A stretch of DNA of 64,000 nt from Promethearchaeota archaeon. Lineage in GTDB: Archaea > Asgardarchaeota > Lokiarchaeia > Sigyniarchaeales > SOKP01. How positions within the stretch are numbered: the stretch's first letter is position 1; every line of letters begins with the position of its first letter. Under the pieces are notes generated by a model. That model was not told the origin of the DNA, ran no database searches, and saw only the letters and a program-made list of their open reading frames with translations. The stretch covers positions 1,000 to 64,999 of the forward strand of contig JAEOTZ010000015.1 of NCBI GenBank assembly GCA_016839585.1. Direction: 5' to 3'. A program made the translations under genes and the position numbers. Positions 37,250 through 47,536 of this stretch are shown piece after piece.

Positions 37250-38827
37250 TTGCCACGTAAAAAAATTATAATTGTGTGCTTAATAGGATTAATTGCAGTT
37301 GGTTCATTAGCATATGTATCATTTCTCTTTCTTTCACCCACACCAACACCTTCTAAACAATGGCTCGAAAATCCTAATTTTGATTCACCAATAGAACCGG
37401 TTTGGTTTTGGACTAATGGTACCCTAGGGGATAATTCAGATATAGACGCAACAACAAGCCCCGGTCAAATCAATCTTAGAGTTTTAGGAGAAAAGCAAAC
37501 GGTTACATTAATTTCAGGAACTCCAAATATGTCAAGATCACCAGGTTGGAAAAAAGTTCAAAATGGAATATATCAATATCCTGATACTGCTATCATCAAT
37601 TCTCAAGGATGTTATGTATCGCATGATTGGGCAGAAGATACAAACCAATTCCCAAGTGTTCACTTTAGAACTAACGTTAGTACAAATGTAGATATGTCAG
37701 ATTATCAAATTACTTCTGTAATGCTTAATGTTGAATTTAATGCTTCTATTGATGTTAATGTTGATACTCCAAATGATAATGGAGCAGGTTCAGATTTTTG
37801 GGAATATTTTGGAACAGGAGATTATATTGAATTTTATACTGAGATTTCTGATATTAATTACATTGAATCCTATGTTGTAGCATATAATAGAACAAGATAT
37901 TTAGGACAGAATAGCCCTCAATATACAATAATTAATAACAGTTATCTTTTTACTTATAATCAAAGTATTTTAATTGATGCTTTAAACACAGCACTCAAAA
38001 AAGATCCTAACTATTCTAATTTTACAATAATATTAGGAATAAATATATATTCGGAAGATAATATACAGGGTACTGATCCAGATGATTATGATGATTTGTA
38101 TATAAAAACTTGTAATTTAACAATAACTTACAAGAAAATTGTTAATGAATTTACCACTATCTCTTGGAATCAGATTAGTGATCCAATTGAAGGTAAAAAC
38201 CTTAGAATAAGTAAAGCTAATTTTAATTTTAAATATATGATTAATAAACTTTGGCCTGATCAAGCTCCACTTTCAGAATTAAGATTTTATATTAACAATA
38301 AATTGTACAGTGAAGAAACAATTAAATTAATTTCTGCTAATATGTCTTTTAAAGAAGTAAAAGATGGCGGATTTGATGTAACCACTTATCTGGAGAAAGA
38401 TATTGATATTTTGATTTCAATTGAACTGTTTTTGAAAGAGACTTTTGAATTAGAAGAAATATTTACTATATCATTTGATGATGTGTATCTTTATATAAAA
38501 ATAGTTGAAATTGAGGCAGAAATGAGTCCAATAGTTTACCTTTTGGGAGGTGCAATTGTTGGGCTTTTGGTAGCTTTTGGATTGTATTTTAAAATTTTTC
38601 AATATCCCCCATTAGTAAGAAAGATTAGGAAAATAAATTCAAAAATTAGAAAAGGAAGAAAAACAAAGCCTTTATTAATTGCTCAACGGCAAACTATTGT
38701 AGAGAATAATTTCCAAGAAACAATAAAAGCCCTAAATATAGCAACCATTGAAGATAAAAAGCTTAATAATTCTGATAAAAAAGAACAAGATAAAATAATT
38801 AAAAAGGAGGGAGAAATTTCTCTCTAA
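37250..38827 (+). CDS. Bitopic sequon-rich surface protein, paralog 1, with conserved basic cytoplasmic tail
   Basis: N-terminal hydrophobic segment IIIVCLIGLIAVGSLAYVSFLF and many N-x-S/T sequons. The ectodomain ends ISFDDVYLYIKIV. C-terminal TM PIVYLLGGAIVGLLVAFGLYF is followed by the tail YPPLVRKIRKINSKIRKGRKTKPLLIAQRQTIVENNFQETIKALNI. Confidence 0.75.
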   Translation: MPRKKIIIVCLIGLIAVGSLAYVSFLFLSPTPTPSKQWLENPNFDSPIEPVWFWTNGTLGDNSDIDATTSPGQINLRVLGEKQTVTLISGTPNMSRSPGWKKVQNGIYQYPDTAIINSQGCYVSHDWAEDTNQFPSVHFRTNVSTNVDMSDYQITSVMLNVEFNASIDVNVDTPNDNGAGSDFWEYFGTGDYIEFYTEISDINYIESYVVAYNRTRYLGQNSPQYTIINNSYLFTYNQSILIDALNTALKKDPNYSNFTIILGINIYSEDNIQGTDPDDYDDLYIKTCNLTITYKKIVNEFTTISWNQISDPIEGKNLRISKANFNFKYMINKLWPDQAPLSELRFYINNKLYSEETIKLISANMSFKEVKDGGFDVTTYLEKDIDILISIELFLKETFELEEIFTISFDDVYLYIKIVEIEAEMSPIVYLLGGAIVGLLVAFGLYFKIFQYPPLVRKIRKINSKIRKGRKTKPLLIAQRQTIVENNFQETIKALNIATIEDKKLNNSDKKEQDKIIKKEGEISL

Positions 38828-38851
38828 ATAATATTAATTGAGTGAGTTAAA

Positions 38852-40423
38852 TTGAATCAAAAAATAAGCAAAATTTTTAGCATTATGATCTTATTTGTTC
38901 TTATTACAATCACTTTTCAATATCGTAATTTTTATCAGAATAAAGGGAATTTAGATAATGTAAATTTAGAAAAGGAAATTAATATTTCAGCAGGAGGAGA
39001 GTGGTTAAAAAATAACGATTTTTCTTCTGATGAATATTGGAATTTTATTGAAGGTGAGAAAGGAGATTGTTCCGCAATTAATTCAAGTACAATTGGAGGT
39101 ACAGCAAATATTGAGATCTTAGGAGAAATGAAAAATATAACATTAATTTCAGAAACACCAAATAAATCTAGTTCTCCTGCTTGGGATATATTTACAAATA
39201 AGAATTTTTTATTACCTAAGACAAGAGAGATTAATGATGATGGATGTTATGTATCACATTTTTTGGATGAAAATATTGGTGGCGATCAAATAAATAACTA
39301 TCCCAGTATTCATTTTAAAAAGAACATCAGTTTAACTGACGATATGTCAAAATATGTAATAACTTCAGTTTCGCTGAATGTTATTGTAAATGCAAGTGTA
39401 GATGCGGATGTAGATACTCCAAATGATGATTATTCTGGTCCAGATCCTGATCAAAAAGCAATTCTAGGTGATTCCATTACCTTTTATGTTGAGATTACTG
39501 ATTTAGAAAATAGCTATACCTTTCGTTTAGCAGAAAATAAAACCACATATTTGGGACAACAAAGAACTGGTTACCCAACAATTTTAAACATAACAGACAG
39601 TCCGTTAGATAATAAAGATCAGCAATTTTTAATATCTGCTTTAACTTCAGTTTTTGAATCAGATAACCACAATTTTACTATCATATTAGGAATGGATATT
39701 TATTGTGAAGATAATGATACAGGAGGAGATCAAGATACATGGAACTATTTAATTATTAAAAGTTGTGATTTAATTATTACCTATGAAAGAAAAATTGAAA
39801 AATTCACTTCTATATCATTAAATCAAATAGGCAATAAAATAATTGGAACTAATATCCAAATTAAAGCAGGATCATTTAATTTTAAATATAAAATAGATCA
39901 GTCTTGGCCAAGCGATTTATCTCCATTCTCAGAAGTCAGAACCCTACTTAATAATAATCCATATGTAGAGACCATCAAATTATCTTCTGCTAATGGTTCC
40001 TTTCAAGATGCTAAAGCAGGTGGATATGATGTTAAATCCCTAATTTTAAAAGATGTTAATATATCCGTTTCAATTGAATTCTATATAGCAAATACATTCG
40101 CTCTTAATAGAACAATAACTATTTCAATTGATGATGTTTCCCTTGTTATTTCTTATGTTTCTATTAAACCTGGGATTGATATGACTCCATATATTATTGG
40201 ATTAACTTCTGGAATTATTGGACTTGTTACTGCTTTTAGCTTATATCAATTTCATTTCAAATATCCTCCATTTGTAAGAAAAATAAGAAAATTAAAAAAA
40301 AAAGTTGGAAAGGCAAAAAAACTAAAACCAATTATTGTTAGTGCACATAATGAGATTATTAAAAATAATTTTCAAGATCAAATTAAAATTTTAAATATAG
40401 AATTACCTCAACTGAAAAAATAA
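38852..40423 (+). CDS. Bitopic sequon-rich surface protein, paralog 2, with conserved basic cytoplasmic tail
   Basis: Colinear with paralog 1: GCYVSH, YPSIHF, NASVDADVDTPNDD, NFTIILGMDIY and ISIDDVSLVISYV. C-terminal TM, then the tail YPPFVRKIRKLKKKVGKAKKLKPIIVSAHNEIIKNNFQDQIKILNI. Confidence 0.75.
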   Translation: MNQKISKIFSIMILFVLITITFQYRNFYQNKGNLDNVNLEKEINISAGGEWLKNNDFSSDEYWNFIEGEKGDCSAINSSTIGGTANIEILGEMKNITLISETPNKSSSPAWDIFTNKNFLLPKTREINDDGCYVSHFLDENIGGDQINNYPSIHFKKNISLTDDMSKYVITSVSLNVIVNASVDADVDTPNDDYSGPDPDQKAILGDSITFYVEITDLENSYTFRLAENKTTYLGQQRTGYPTILNITDSPLDNKDQQFLISALTSVFESDNHNFTIILGMDIYCEDNDTGGDQDTWNYLIIKSCDLIITYERKIEKFTSISLNQIGNKIIGTNIQIKAGSFNFKYKIDQSWPSDLSPFSEVRTLLNNNPYVETIKLSSANGSFQDAKAGGYDVKSLILKDVNISVSIEFYIANTFALNRTITISIDDVSLVISYVSIKPGIDMTPYIIGLTSGIIGLVTAFSLYQFHFKYPPFVRKIRKLKKKVGKAKKLKPIIVSAHNEIIKNNFQDQIKILNIELPQLKK

Positions 40424-40693
40424 AAATTAAAAAGATAAAAAATCATAAAACCAGAATAAATGAAATTTAATAAATTAATATAGATAAAAATTAACGAGAG
40501 AGCAAAAACAATATTAGTGAGATTTATTTGAACATTATTTTTTGGTTAAATACATATAAAAAGATTTTTATATACCATAATTTATTTTTTATTCGTTATT
40601 TAAAAGTTTTATATAAAATAAAAATCAATATATCAATATTTAAAAAATAAATAATAAAAAATGTCGATATTTTGTATTTCTTGAGGGATTTAA

Positions 40694-43600
40694 ATGAAGA
40701 AGAATAATATTAGGGTTAAAGGTCTGATAATATTACTTTGCATAGTTTTATCTTCGTTTCCACTTTCTTATTTGCTTCCAATAAGTACTTCAAATGATTC
40801 GAATGATGTTGAAGGGATTCCCCCTTCTGAAGAAATACCCAATATTTTTACTTCTGATACTTTAGCTACTGATAATTCTTTCACAGGTATAGGTGCTCCT
40901 TGGAACGTAACTCATTATGCTAATTATACAAAATCAAATTTAGGAGTTAGTTTTTATAATAATTCTTATGATGATACTCATGCAAAAGTAGAATTATATG
41001 GATGGAATGGATACCAATTAAATTCTACAATAAAGAATTTATACGATACACGAAATTGGATTAATGGGACTTTTCATTGTGGTTCCTATGGAGGATCACC
41101 ATCTGGATCTGATGATAGTGAATATGTTGCTAATTGGACATTCCATGATGGAGATATTGATGACCCTAATCCTACAAGTGGAAATTATTTTGATGGTTCA
41201 ACTTCTATATCTGATTATGAAGATAGCTTGGAATTAAGGGTTGATGAATATGGTAGTGGTAATTATGATGTTGGGGATAAATGTTGGTGGGAAACTAGTA
41301 TTCAAATAGATAGAGGGGATGTAGATGAAGCATGGTTAAATTTTGCAGTATATCCAAAATATAGTGATGGTTATAATAACCACTGGGTACTACAAATTAT
41401 TATCAATGGTAAAATCATTTGGGGTACTGGTCTTCAATCAATGATAGATGCATCTGGTAATTCTAATGGTCAATGGTATAATCCATATCCTATCTACTTA
41501 GATGGTAATGATGAACAATTATTTCCTGAAGGAGTTAAAAATCTCAATGTTACTTTCGAATTTAAAAGAGTTAGTGGAACTGCTCCGGGTGCTTATTGGG
41601 ATTACTATACTGTACTCTTTGATAATGTTTCGTTAATTGTAAAATCTAAAGCAAAACCATCTCAACTAGAATTGCAATTAAACAATGAAGATGTAAAAGA
41701 TAATGTTAATTATGGTGAAGGTAATCTTGGTATTACAGGTAATTGGAATGGAAGTATCCAATCATCAGTAGTTGCTAATTTTAGTAGTGATCTGAATTGG
41801 CCTTTAACTTATGAAGAAGACGGGAGTTGGATAAGTTATAAAATAGAACTTGAGACAGATTTGAATTTGTTTACAAATAAATTTAGCCCTGAAACCTATT
41901 ATACAGCTGATCCAGATCTAAATTATCAAGGCTCAGCTTTTATTGTATCTAATAATAGCAATGTGAATTGGACAACGTATGCACATATGGAGATTCCAGC
42001 AGGATATGAAGAAACAAATATGACTGTTGAATACTCTTCAGATTACAATTTAATAGGCGTATTCTTCTCTCAAAATCCTAATTCTATTTCTCAAACTACT
42101 ATAACAGAATATGGAAACAAAAAGATTTTAAATATTCCAGTAAGTTCCATAACAAGTAATACAAATGGATTTTGGAAGTTAACAGCAGTATCACCTAATT
42201 ATTGTTCAGAGTTAAATATGTATGCCGGTCCTACTGCTACTGGACCGTGGGTGCTTAATAATAAATTCCTAAGTGGAGAATATATTAACATTACTGGAGA
42301 CATTTATAATTCCGCTTTGGTTTCTGGATATATTCAACAAACCAAGGCCCAGCTTCAAATACGATTTCCAAATGGTTCGATATGGACATCAAGAACTCAA
42401 ACAAAACTAGTTGATAATACCGGAACGGTCTATTTTGATCCTATTATGATCCCTGATAATGTTCCAAATTATAAAGCAGGAGAATATGATGCGGTTATCA
42501 CTTGGAATAACTCATATTCATCCTTTGGTTCAAATGAAACAGGGATTATTTATAAAAAGTTTACAGTAATCCATGATTCTCTTCTTTATCCTGATGAAGG
42601 TGTATATTTCATTGAAAATGTAATTGACGATAGAATAATTAATATTAAAGTATCATTTAGAGATTTAATAGATGGTACAGCTATTGCAAATGCATATGTA
42701 TATACAGATTTTACAGGAGTCGATGAATCATTAATCCAAACTAGTCCAGGATTTTATTTATATGAATTTAATGCTTCTAAAGCTGAGGCAGGAAACAATA
42801 CTGTAACGATTTATGCTAATTCAAGCTATTATTTGAATAAAACCATAAATATTACAATTGATGTAATTAAAGAGACAATTTTGACGGTTGAAACTGATTT
42901 TTTCACTACTCCTTGGAAACAAAATTTTACTGTGCGATTTAATTATACAGAAAAAAATAATCCTCTAAATTGGATTGATACAACAGACATTACTATTGAT
43001 GAATGGCTTGGTGATTATCATTTAACACAACCTAGCGTTGGGCATTATGAATTAGAATGTAATACATCTGCTTATGCTGCACTCACACTTCAATCCTTCA
43101 TTATTTCAATAGATCCGTACAAATATGAACCCCAATCTGTTCTAATTAGAGTCCAAATTACTGAATTATCGTCTTCTTTAAAATTATTATTAAATGGTAA
43201 TGAAACATCTAATAATGGTAAAATTACAGTTGAACTTGATGCCGTCATAAATGTGTCTATAACTTTCAGTGATCAGTTAACAGGTAAACATCTACCAAAT
43301 GCAACAGTTAGTTTAATAGGAATAGGACCAAATAGATATTTTGATGAAAAAAATAACTATTACAATTATAGTATAAAAGCTACTGATTTAGGTGAAGGAA
43401 TTACTGTATTAACTGTATTTGCAGAAGTCCTTAATTATCAGCCTCAAACCATACAATTTTGGATTGAAGTGGGTAAAAGATCCTCGCAATTACAATTATT
43501 TTTAGACGGTGATCTTAAAACAGATGATCTAGTCATCTATGAAATTACAATAAAAGAATTCTTAAATATAACTGTGAAATACATGGATAATGGATCACAA

Positions 43601-44431
43601 CATATTACCAATGCAACAGTACAATTGACAGTACAATTGATAGGAGGGAAATTAAATTTCAATTTAACAGAACATACTGGCTTAGGGCAATATTATATCC
43701 CAGGCGGTCTTGATACAACTATTTTAGGTACTGGAGCATATGAATTTTCAATTATCGCTTATGCACCCAATTATATACCTAAGACTACAGGAGGAGTAAT
43801 TACTATCACTAAAATAGTTGGAACTATTAGCCGAGAAGATGGAGGTGCTCAAATAGAAGTTGATGTCGGAGAAGATGTATTATTAAAAATTGTCTTAAAA
43901 GATCCTTCAAATAATACTATAAAGGGTGCCACTGTAACATATAGTTGGGCTTTTGGACAGGGAGAACTTGATGATCCTGATAATGATGGGATTTACAATG
44001 TAACTATATTTGATGTTCCAGAAGGAGTTCGTGACATAACAATAAATGCTATTATCGGAGATGATTATGCTTTTCAAGAGTATAAAATAACATTGATAGT
44101 AAGTAGACCATCAGTATCTCCTGGACCTAATTTAGGTTGGCTTATTTCTTTATTAGTTTATGGATTTATTGGTGTAATAGTAGTTGTTGGTACGATTTTT
44201 ACCCTATATATTAAACGTTGGCGATTCCCGCCTTTAGTTAGGAAGATAAGAGCTCTAAGGAAAAAGGTTAGTAAAGCAAAAAAGACAAAACCAGTTATGA
44301 TAAATAAGCGAGAAGAGATTATAAAAAATAATCTGCAAGATAGTGTGAAAATTTTAAGTTTAGAATTAATACAACCTGAGAAAATTGATAAAATTGAAAA
44401 TTTTAATATAAAAAAAGAGGAAGTGAATTAA
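40694..44431 (+). CDS. Large (1245 aa) bitopic sequon-rich surface protein, paralog 3, with the same cytoplasmic tail
   Basis: Signal/anchor LIILLCIVLSSFPLSYLL. An N-terminal jelly-roll-like module ends VLFDNVSLIVKS. Long beta-rich (Ig-like repeat-like) region with dense N-x-S/T sequons. TM LISLLVYGFIGVIVVVGTIFTLY is followed by the tail FPPLVRKIRALRKKVSKAKKTKPVMINKREEIIKNNLQDSVKILSL. Confidence 0.75.
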   Translation: MKKNNIRVKGLIILLCIVLSSFPLSYLLPISTSNDSNDVEGIPPSEEIPNIFTSDTLATDNSFTGIGAPWNVTHYANYTKSNLGVSFYNNSYDDTHAKVELYGWNGYQLNSTIKNLYDTRNWINGTFHCGSYGGSPSGSDDSEYVANWTFHDGDIDDPNPTSGNYFDGSTSISDYEDSLELRVDEYGSGNYDVGDKCWWETSIQIDRGDVDEAWLNFAVYPKYSDGYNNHWVLQIIINGKIIWGTGLQSMIDASGNSNGQWYNPYPIYLDGNDEQLFPEGVKNLNVTFEFKRVSGTAPGAYWDYYTVLFDNVSLIVKSKAKPSQLELQLNNEDVKDNVNYGEGNLGITGNWNGSIQSSVVANFSSDLNWPLTYEEDGSWISYKIELETDLNLFTNKFSPETYYTADPDLNYQGSAFIVSNNSNVNWTTYAHMEIPAGYEETNMTVEYSSDYNLIGVFFSQNPNSISQTTITEYGNKKILNIPVSSITSNTNGFWKLTAVSPNYCSELNMYAGPTATGPWVLNNKFLSGEYINITGDIYNSALVSGYIQQTKAQLQIRFPNGSIWTSRTQTKLVDNTGTVYFDPIMIPDNVPNYKAGEYDAVITWNNSYSSFGSNETGIIYKKFTVIHDSLLYPDEGVYFIENVIDDRIINIKVSFRDLIDGTAIANAYVYTDFTGVDESLIQTSPGFYLYEFNASKAEAGNNTVTIYANSSYYLNKTINITIDVIKETILTVETDFFTTPWKQNFTVRFNYTEKNNPLNWIDTTDITIDEWLGDYHLTQPSVGHYELECNTSAYAALTLQSFIISIDPYKYEPQSVLIRVQITELSSSLKLLLNGNETSNNGKITVELDAVINVSITFSDQLTGKHLPNATVSLIGIGPNRYFDEKNNYYNYSIKATDLGEGITVLTVFAEVLNYQPQTIQFWIEVGKRSSQLQLFLDGDLKTDDLVIYEITIKEFLNITVKYMDNGSQHITNATVQLTVQLIGGKLNFNLTEHTGLGQYYIPGGLDTTILGTGAYEFSIIAYAPNYIPKTTGGVITITKIVGTISREDGGAQIEVDVGEDVLLKIVLKDPSNNTIKGATVTYSWAFGQGELDDPDNDGIYNVTIFDVPEGVRDITINAIIGDDYAFQEYKITLIVSRPSVSPGPNLGWLISLLVYGFIGVIVVVGTIFTLYIKRWRFPPLVRKIRALRKKVSKAKKTKPVMINKREEIIKNNLQDSVKILSLELIQPEKIDKIENFNIKKEEVN

Positions 44432-45559
44432 ATGCCAAGAGGATTTATAATAACTGAATGGACTGAAGATCGAGGTTTAGCTGTTACGCTAAATTATCCT
44501 GAAAGCTTGGATATTGATTTAGATGATATGATGCGTATTTTCTATGCCCATATAACGGGGGCAGGAGAAGCTGGAAATGTCTTAGTGAGATTAGAAAAAG
44601 CACGTTCTAATGTGGCGAGTTTTTTTACCGGAATGGAATCTGAAAGGCCTATAATGGTAAATTTAATGTTAGAGTTAGGAGAAGACCCTGACATGTTTGG
44701 TGAAGCAGTAATTCGAGAAATTAATGAAACAACATTAACTTATCTCCGACAAATGGGAACAAGTGTTTCCCAAACTTATGACATTGTAAACGAATTAAAA
44801 AACTATCTAAAAAACGCATTATTTCTTTTAGAGAGGTTGAAAAATTTAACAAAGGAACAAAGATTAGCACAAATTTATACTAGTGAAAAGGGTAGAAAAA
44901 TTTTAGAGGTTTTACAAGATAGACCATTATCCAGGAAAGAATTACAAGCTATTCTAGAAGAAAAATTGAGCAAAATAATATCGAATATTGAAGTTACATT
45001 AGATCCTTTTGTAAAAACGGGAATTATCAAACAAGATTGGATTGAGGGTGATTCAGATATTTCATTATTTTTACTTTCTGATTTTACTATTTTCAGAGCA
45101 CCTGTAGCTAAACTAGTTGAGGACGCGAGAAAAAAGCTTCCTAATCCCGAATTAGCTACAATATATCTCGAAGAGGTTAATAATTTCTTTAAAACCTACA
45201 AACCCAGCTTAGAGGATAATCTAAAGATAGCTAAAAATATGATAAATCCTGACAAATATGATTTTATTACGCTTTTTAGAGAACGAGCGTATCCCATAAA
45301 TAAAATTCCTAAAGGACCTGGTGAAAGCGTTGAGCAAATTGGGGAATTTTTAAAGAGTATGGAGCAAGATCAAATTATAAAACTAATAAGGGATAGCAAA
45401 GGTACTTTATGGGTATTCTTATTTACTGATGTTGTAATTCCAACATTTTATCCTGAATATATCATTGAGAAAATTCGACAGCATCGCGTGGACGGGGCAC
45501 TTAAAAAAGAATATGCAATTAAACATTTAGAATTACTCGAAGAAGCATATAAGAAATAA
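44432..45559 (+). CDS. Cytoplasmic longin-like N-domain + winged-helix-like protein
   Basis: The ATG directly abuts the stop of the 1245-aa gene. The N-terminus is homologous to ORFs 34297 and 32162-33490. Mid-region GRKILEVLQDRPLSRKELQAILEEKLSKIISNIEVTLDPFVKTGIIKQ is wHTH-like. Confidence 0.65.
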   Translation: MPRGFIITEWTEDRGLAVTLNYPESLDIDLDDMMRIFYAHITGAGEAGNVLVRLEKARSNVASFFTGMESERPIMVNLMLELGEDPDMFGEAVIREINETTLTYLRQMGTSVSQTYDIVNELKNYLKNALFLLERLKNLTKEQRLAQIYTSEKGRKILEVLQDRPLSRKELQAILEEKLSKIISNIEVTLDPFVKTGIIKQDWIEGDSDISLFLLSDFTIFRAPVAKLVEDARKKLPNPELATIYLEEVNNFFKTYKPSLEDNLKIAKNMINPDKYDFITLFRERAYPINKIPKGPGESVEQIGEFLKSMEQDQIIKLIRDSKGTLWVFLFTDVVIPTFYPEYIIEKIRQHRVDGALKKEYAIKHLELLEEAYKK

Positions 45560-45577
45560 TCAGGTGGTATATTAAAG

Positions 45578-47497
45578 GTGTCGCATGAAGTAGTATCAGC
45601 AACAAAACATGTTTTAGAACTTATTGGATTAGCGCATGATGAAGTTGAGACTTATTTTAAAATAACGGGAAGAGGTCCCGTAATGACTGGTGAAATTGCA
45701 TTACTAGCTGATGTTGATGAAGAAAGAGCAGTACAAATAGCAAATAATTTATTTGAAAAGGGTTTAGTTAGAGAAATTCCCGGAAAAACACCATTTTATA
45801 TGGCTTTACCTCCATATGCCGCGCTTTTAAATCAAATTCACTATTTCAAAGATACAATTAAAACATTTCAGCAAGTTTCTCCTATAAATTTGCAAGCACG
45901 ATTCGATTCCATGGAAGAACACTCAGCAAAATTGAAAAAATTGGATGATTATAAAACTTATATTCAGGTTATGAAAACTAAGCTTCCTGCTCAAATTAAA
46001 ACTCAGTTTGATAGATTTGAGAGTGAACTTGAACAAGTAAAGAGATTCCATGATGTTAAAAGATTTATTTTAAACTTAAAAGAGATTGTACCAGCAGATA
46101 TTGAGAAAGAATTTGGAATAATGGAAACCAAATTAGAAACAATTAAATCCGAGATTTCAAATAAGTTTGAAACTCAATTTCGAATTGGAGCATTAAAAGC
46201 CATGGCTGAAAAAATTGTTTCTCGTGTTGTTTCTGAACAATTTAGTGAATTAACAGATTATTTTAAAACCAAATTCGTCGGAACGACACAAAATATGCTT
46301 GATCAAGTTATTAATCAATTGGGGAGTCTTTCTGATACTGCTGGTGAAATAAGCATAGATTTAGGTACTGTATTTATAGATATAGAATCTGGATTAAAAA
46401 ATACTTTAGAAGATCTAGAAAGCAGAGTTACTGGTGTATATGATGACATTATAGCAGGTATTGCTGAATTAAAGAATTTATTCCAGAAAGAAATTTTTGA
46501 AACTCTTCAAACCGATATAATAAATAATATCATTACTCAACTAGATGGCGCTGAAGCAACAATGCAAGAATTCTGGGATCGTTCTAAGGAAGCTTCAATG
46601 TTAAGTTTTAAAGATGTATGGTTTGTAAGGAGTATCGAGGGAATGAGAGCACAAATTAATGAAGCAATCCCTCGGGTTAAAATGAGAATTTATATTATTG
46701 CACCAAAACTAGAAGATGTTGACTTCATTGCTCTTTCTAAGGTAAAAAAACATGTAAACGTGAGGATTTCAACTAATTTTGATTTAAGTAATGCTGATGA
46801 TGTTAATATCTTAAATCAAATCAGCCAATTTCCTAATTTTGATGTAAGATATTATCCAAGAGAAAATATATGGTCAATAAATAGAGATTTTGAAGAAGTA
46901 ATAGTTTGTGTAATTTCTAAAGATATAGACCTTGGAACTATGCAAGTAGCAGGTATGGGTTCTGTGCTTGATGAGCATATTAAACTATTTGCTGGCTTAC
47001 TTGAAGATGTGTGGATGCAAAGTAAAAAAATGGATCAGATTGGATTTGTACCTCAACAATATCAACAACCCATAAAGCCAGAGATATCAAAAGAACCAGA
47101 GCGAAGGGTTTCAATACCAAAAGAAAAACCTGAAGTCAAAGCAGAAGAGATTATTAAACCAGAACCCGTTAAACCTATCGAAATACCCTTGGAAAAAATA
47201 GAAGTTAAGTCCCAGACAGAGACTTATACCGGTACTATTAGTCCAGCTGAAGCTACTCTTTCATATCAATTCGATAGTATAATAAAAAATCTAGAAACAC
47301 TACCTGGATATGAATTAGCTGCAGGTTTACACAATCTACAAGACGAAATTCTCGAAAAAAAAGGTTTTAGTGCTATTCTACGACAAATAAGAATAGAGGT
47401 CACTGCTCTCAAATCTATACCTAAGATATTAGACCTTTCCGAGAAAGATATGTTATTAAAAAAAATTACATTTTGGAGAAGTAAATTACAAATATAA
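45578..47497 (+). CDS. TrmB-like HTH protein with long coiled-coil insertion, TrmB-C-like domain, and Pro/Glu/Lys-rich linker
   Basis: N-terminus LIGLAHDEVETYFKITGRGPVMTGEIALLADVDEERAVQIANNLFEKGLVREIPGKTPFYMALPP matches the TrmB-type wHTH pattern. About 250 aa of heptad-rich sequence follow. RIYIIAPKLEDVDFIALSKVKKHVNVRIST resembles the TrmB C-domain. The linker reads KPEISKEPERRVSIPKEKPEVKAEEIIKPEPVKPIEIP. GTG start. Confidence 0.7.
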   Translation: MSHEVVSATKHVLELIGLAHDEVETYFKITGRGPVMTGEIALLADVDEERAVQIANNLFEKGLVREIPGKTPFYMALPPYAALLNQIHYFKDTIKTFQQVSPINLQARFDSMEEHSAKLKKLDDYKTYIQVMKTKLPAQIKTQFDRFESELEQVKRFHDVKRFILNLKEIVPADIEKEFGIMETKLETIKSEISNKFETQFRIGALKAMAEKIVSRVVSEQFSELTDYFKTKFVGTTQNMLDQVINQLGSLSDTAGEISIDLGTVFIDIESGLKNTLEDLESRVTGVYDDIIAGIAELKNLFQKEIFETLQTDIINNIITQLDGAEATMQEFWDRSKEASMLSFKDVWFVRSIEGMRAQINEAIPRVKMRIYIIAPKLEDVDFIALSKVKKHVNVRISTNFDLSNADDVNILNQISQFPNFDVRYYPRENIWSINRDFEEVIVCVISKDIDLGTMQVAGMGSVLDEHIKLFAGLLEDVWMQSKKMDQIGFVPQQYQQPIKPEISKEPERRVSIPKEKPEVKAEEIIKPEPVKPIEIPLEKIEVKSQTETYTGTISPAEATLSYQFDSIIKNLETLPGYELAAGLHNLQDEILEKKGFSAILRQIRIEVTALKSIPKILDLSEKDMLLKKITFWRSKLQI

Positions 47498-47536
47498 AAC
47501 TTATTTTTCTCTTATTTCCTTCTTTAATACTCCAAA

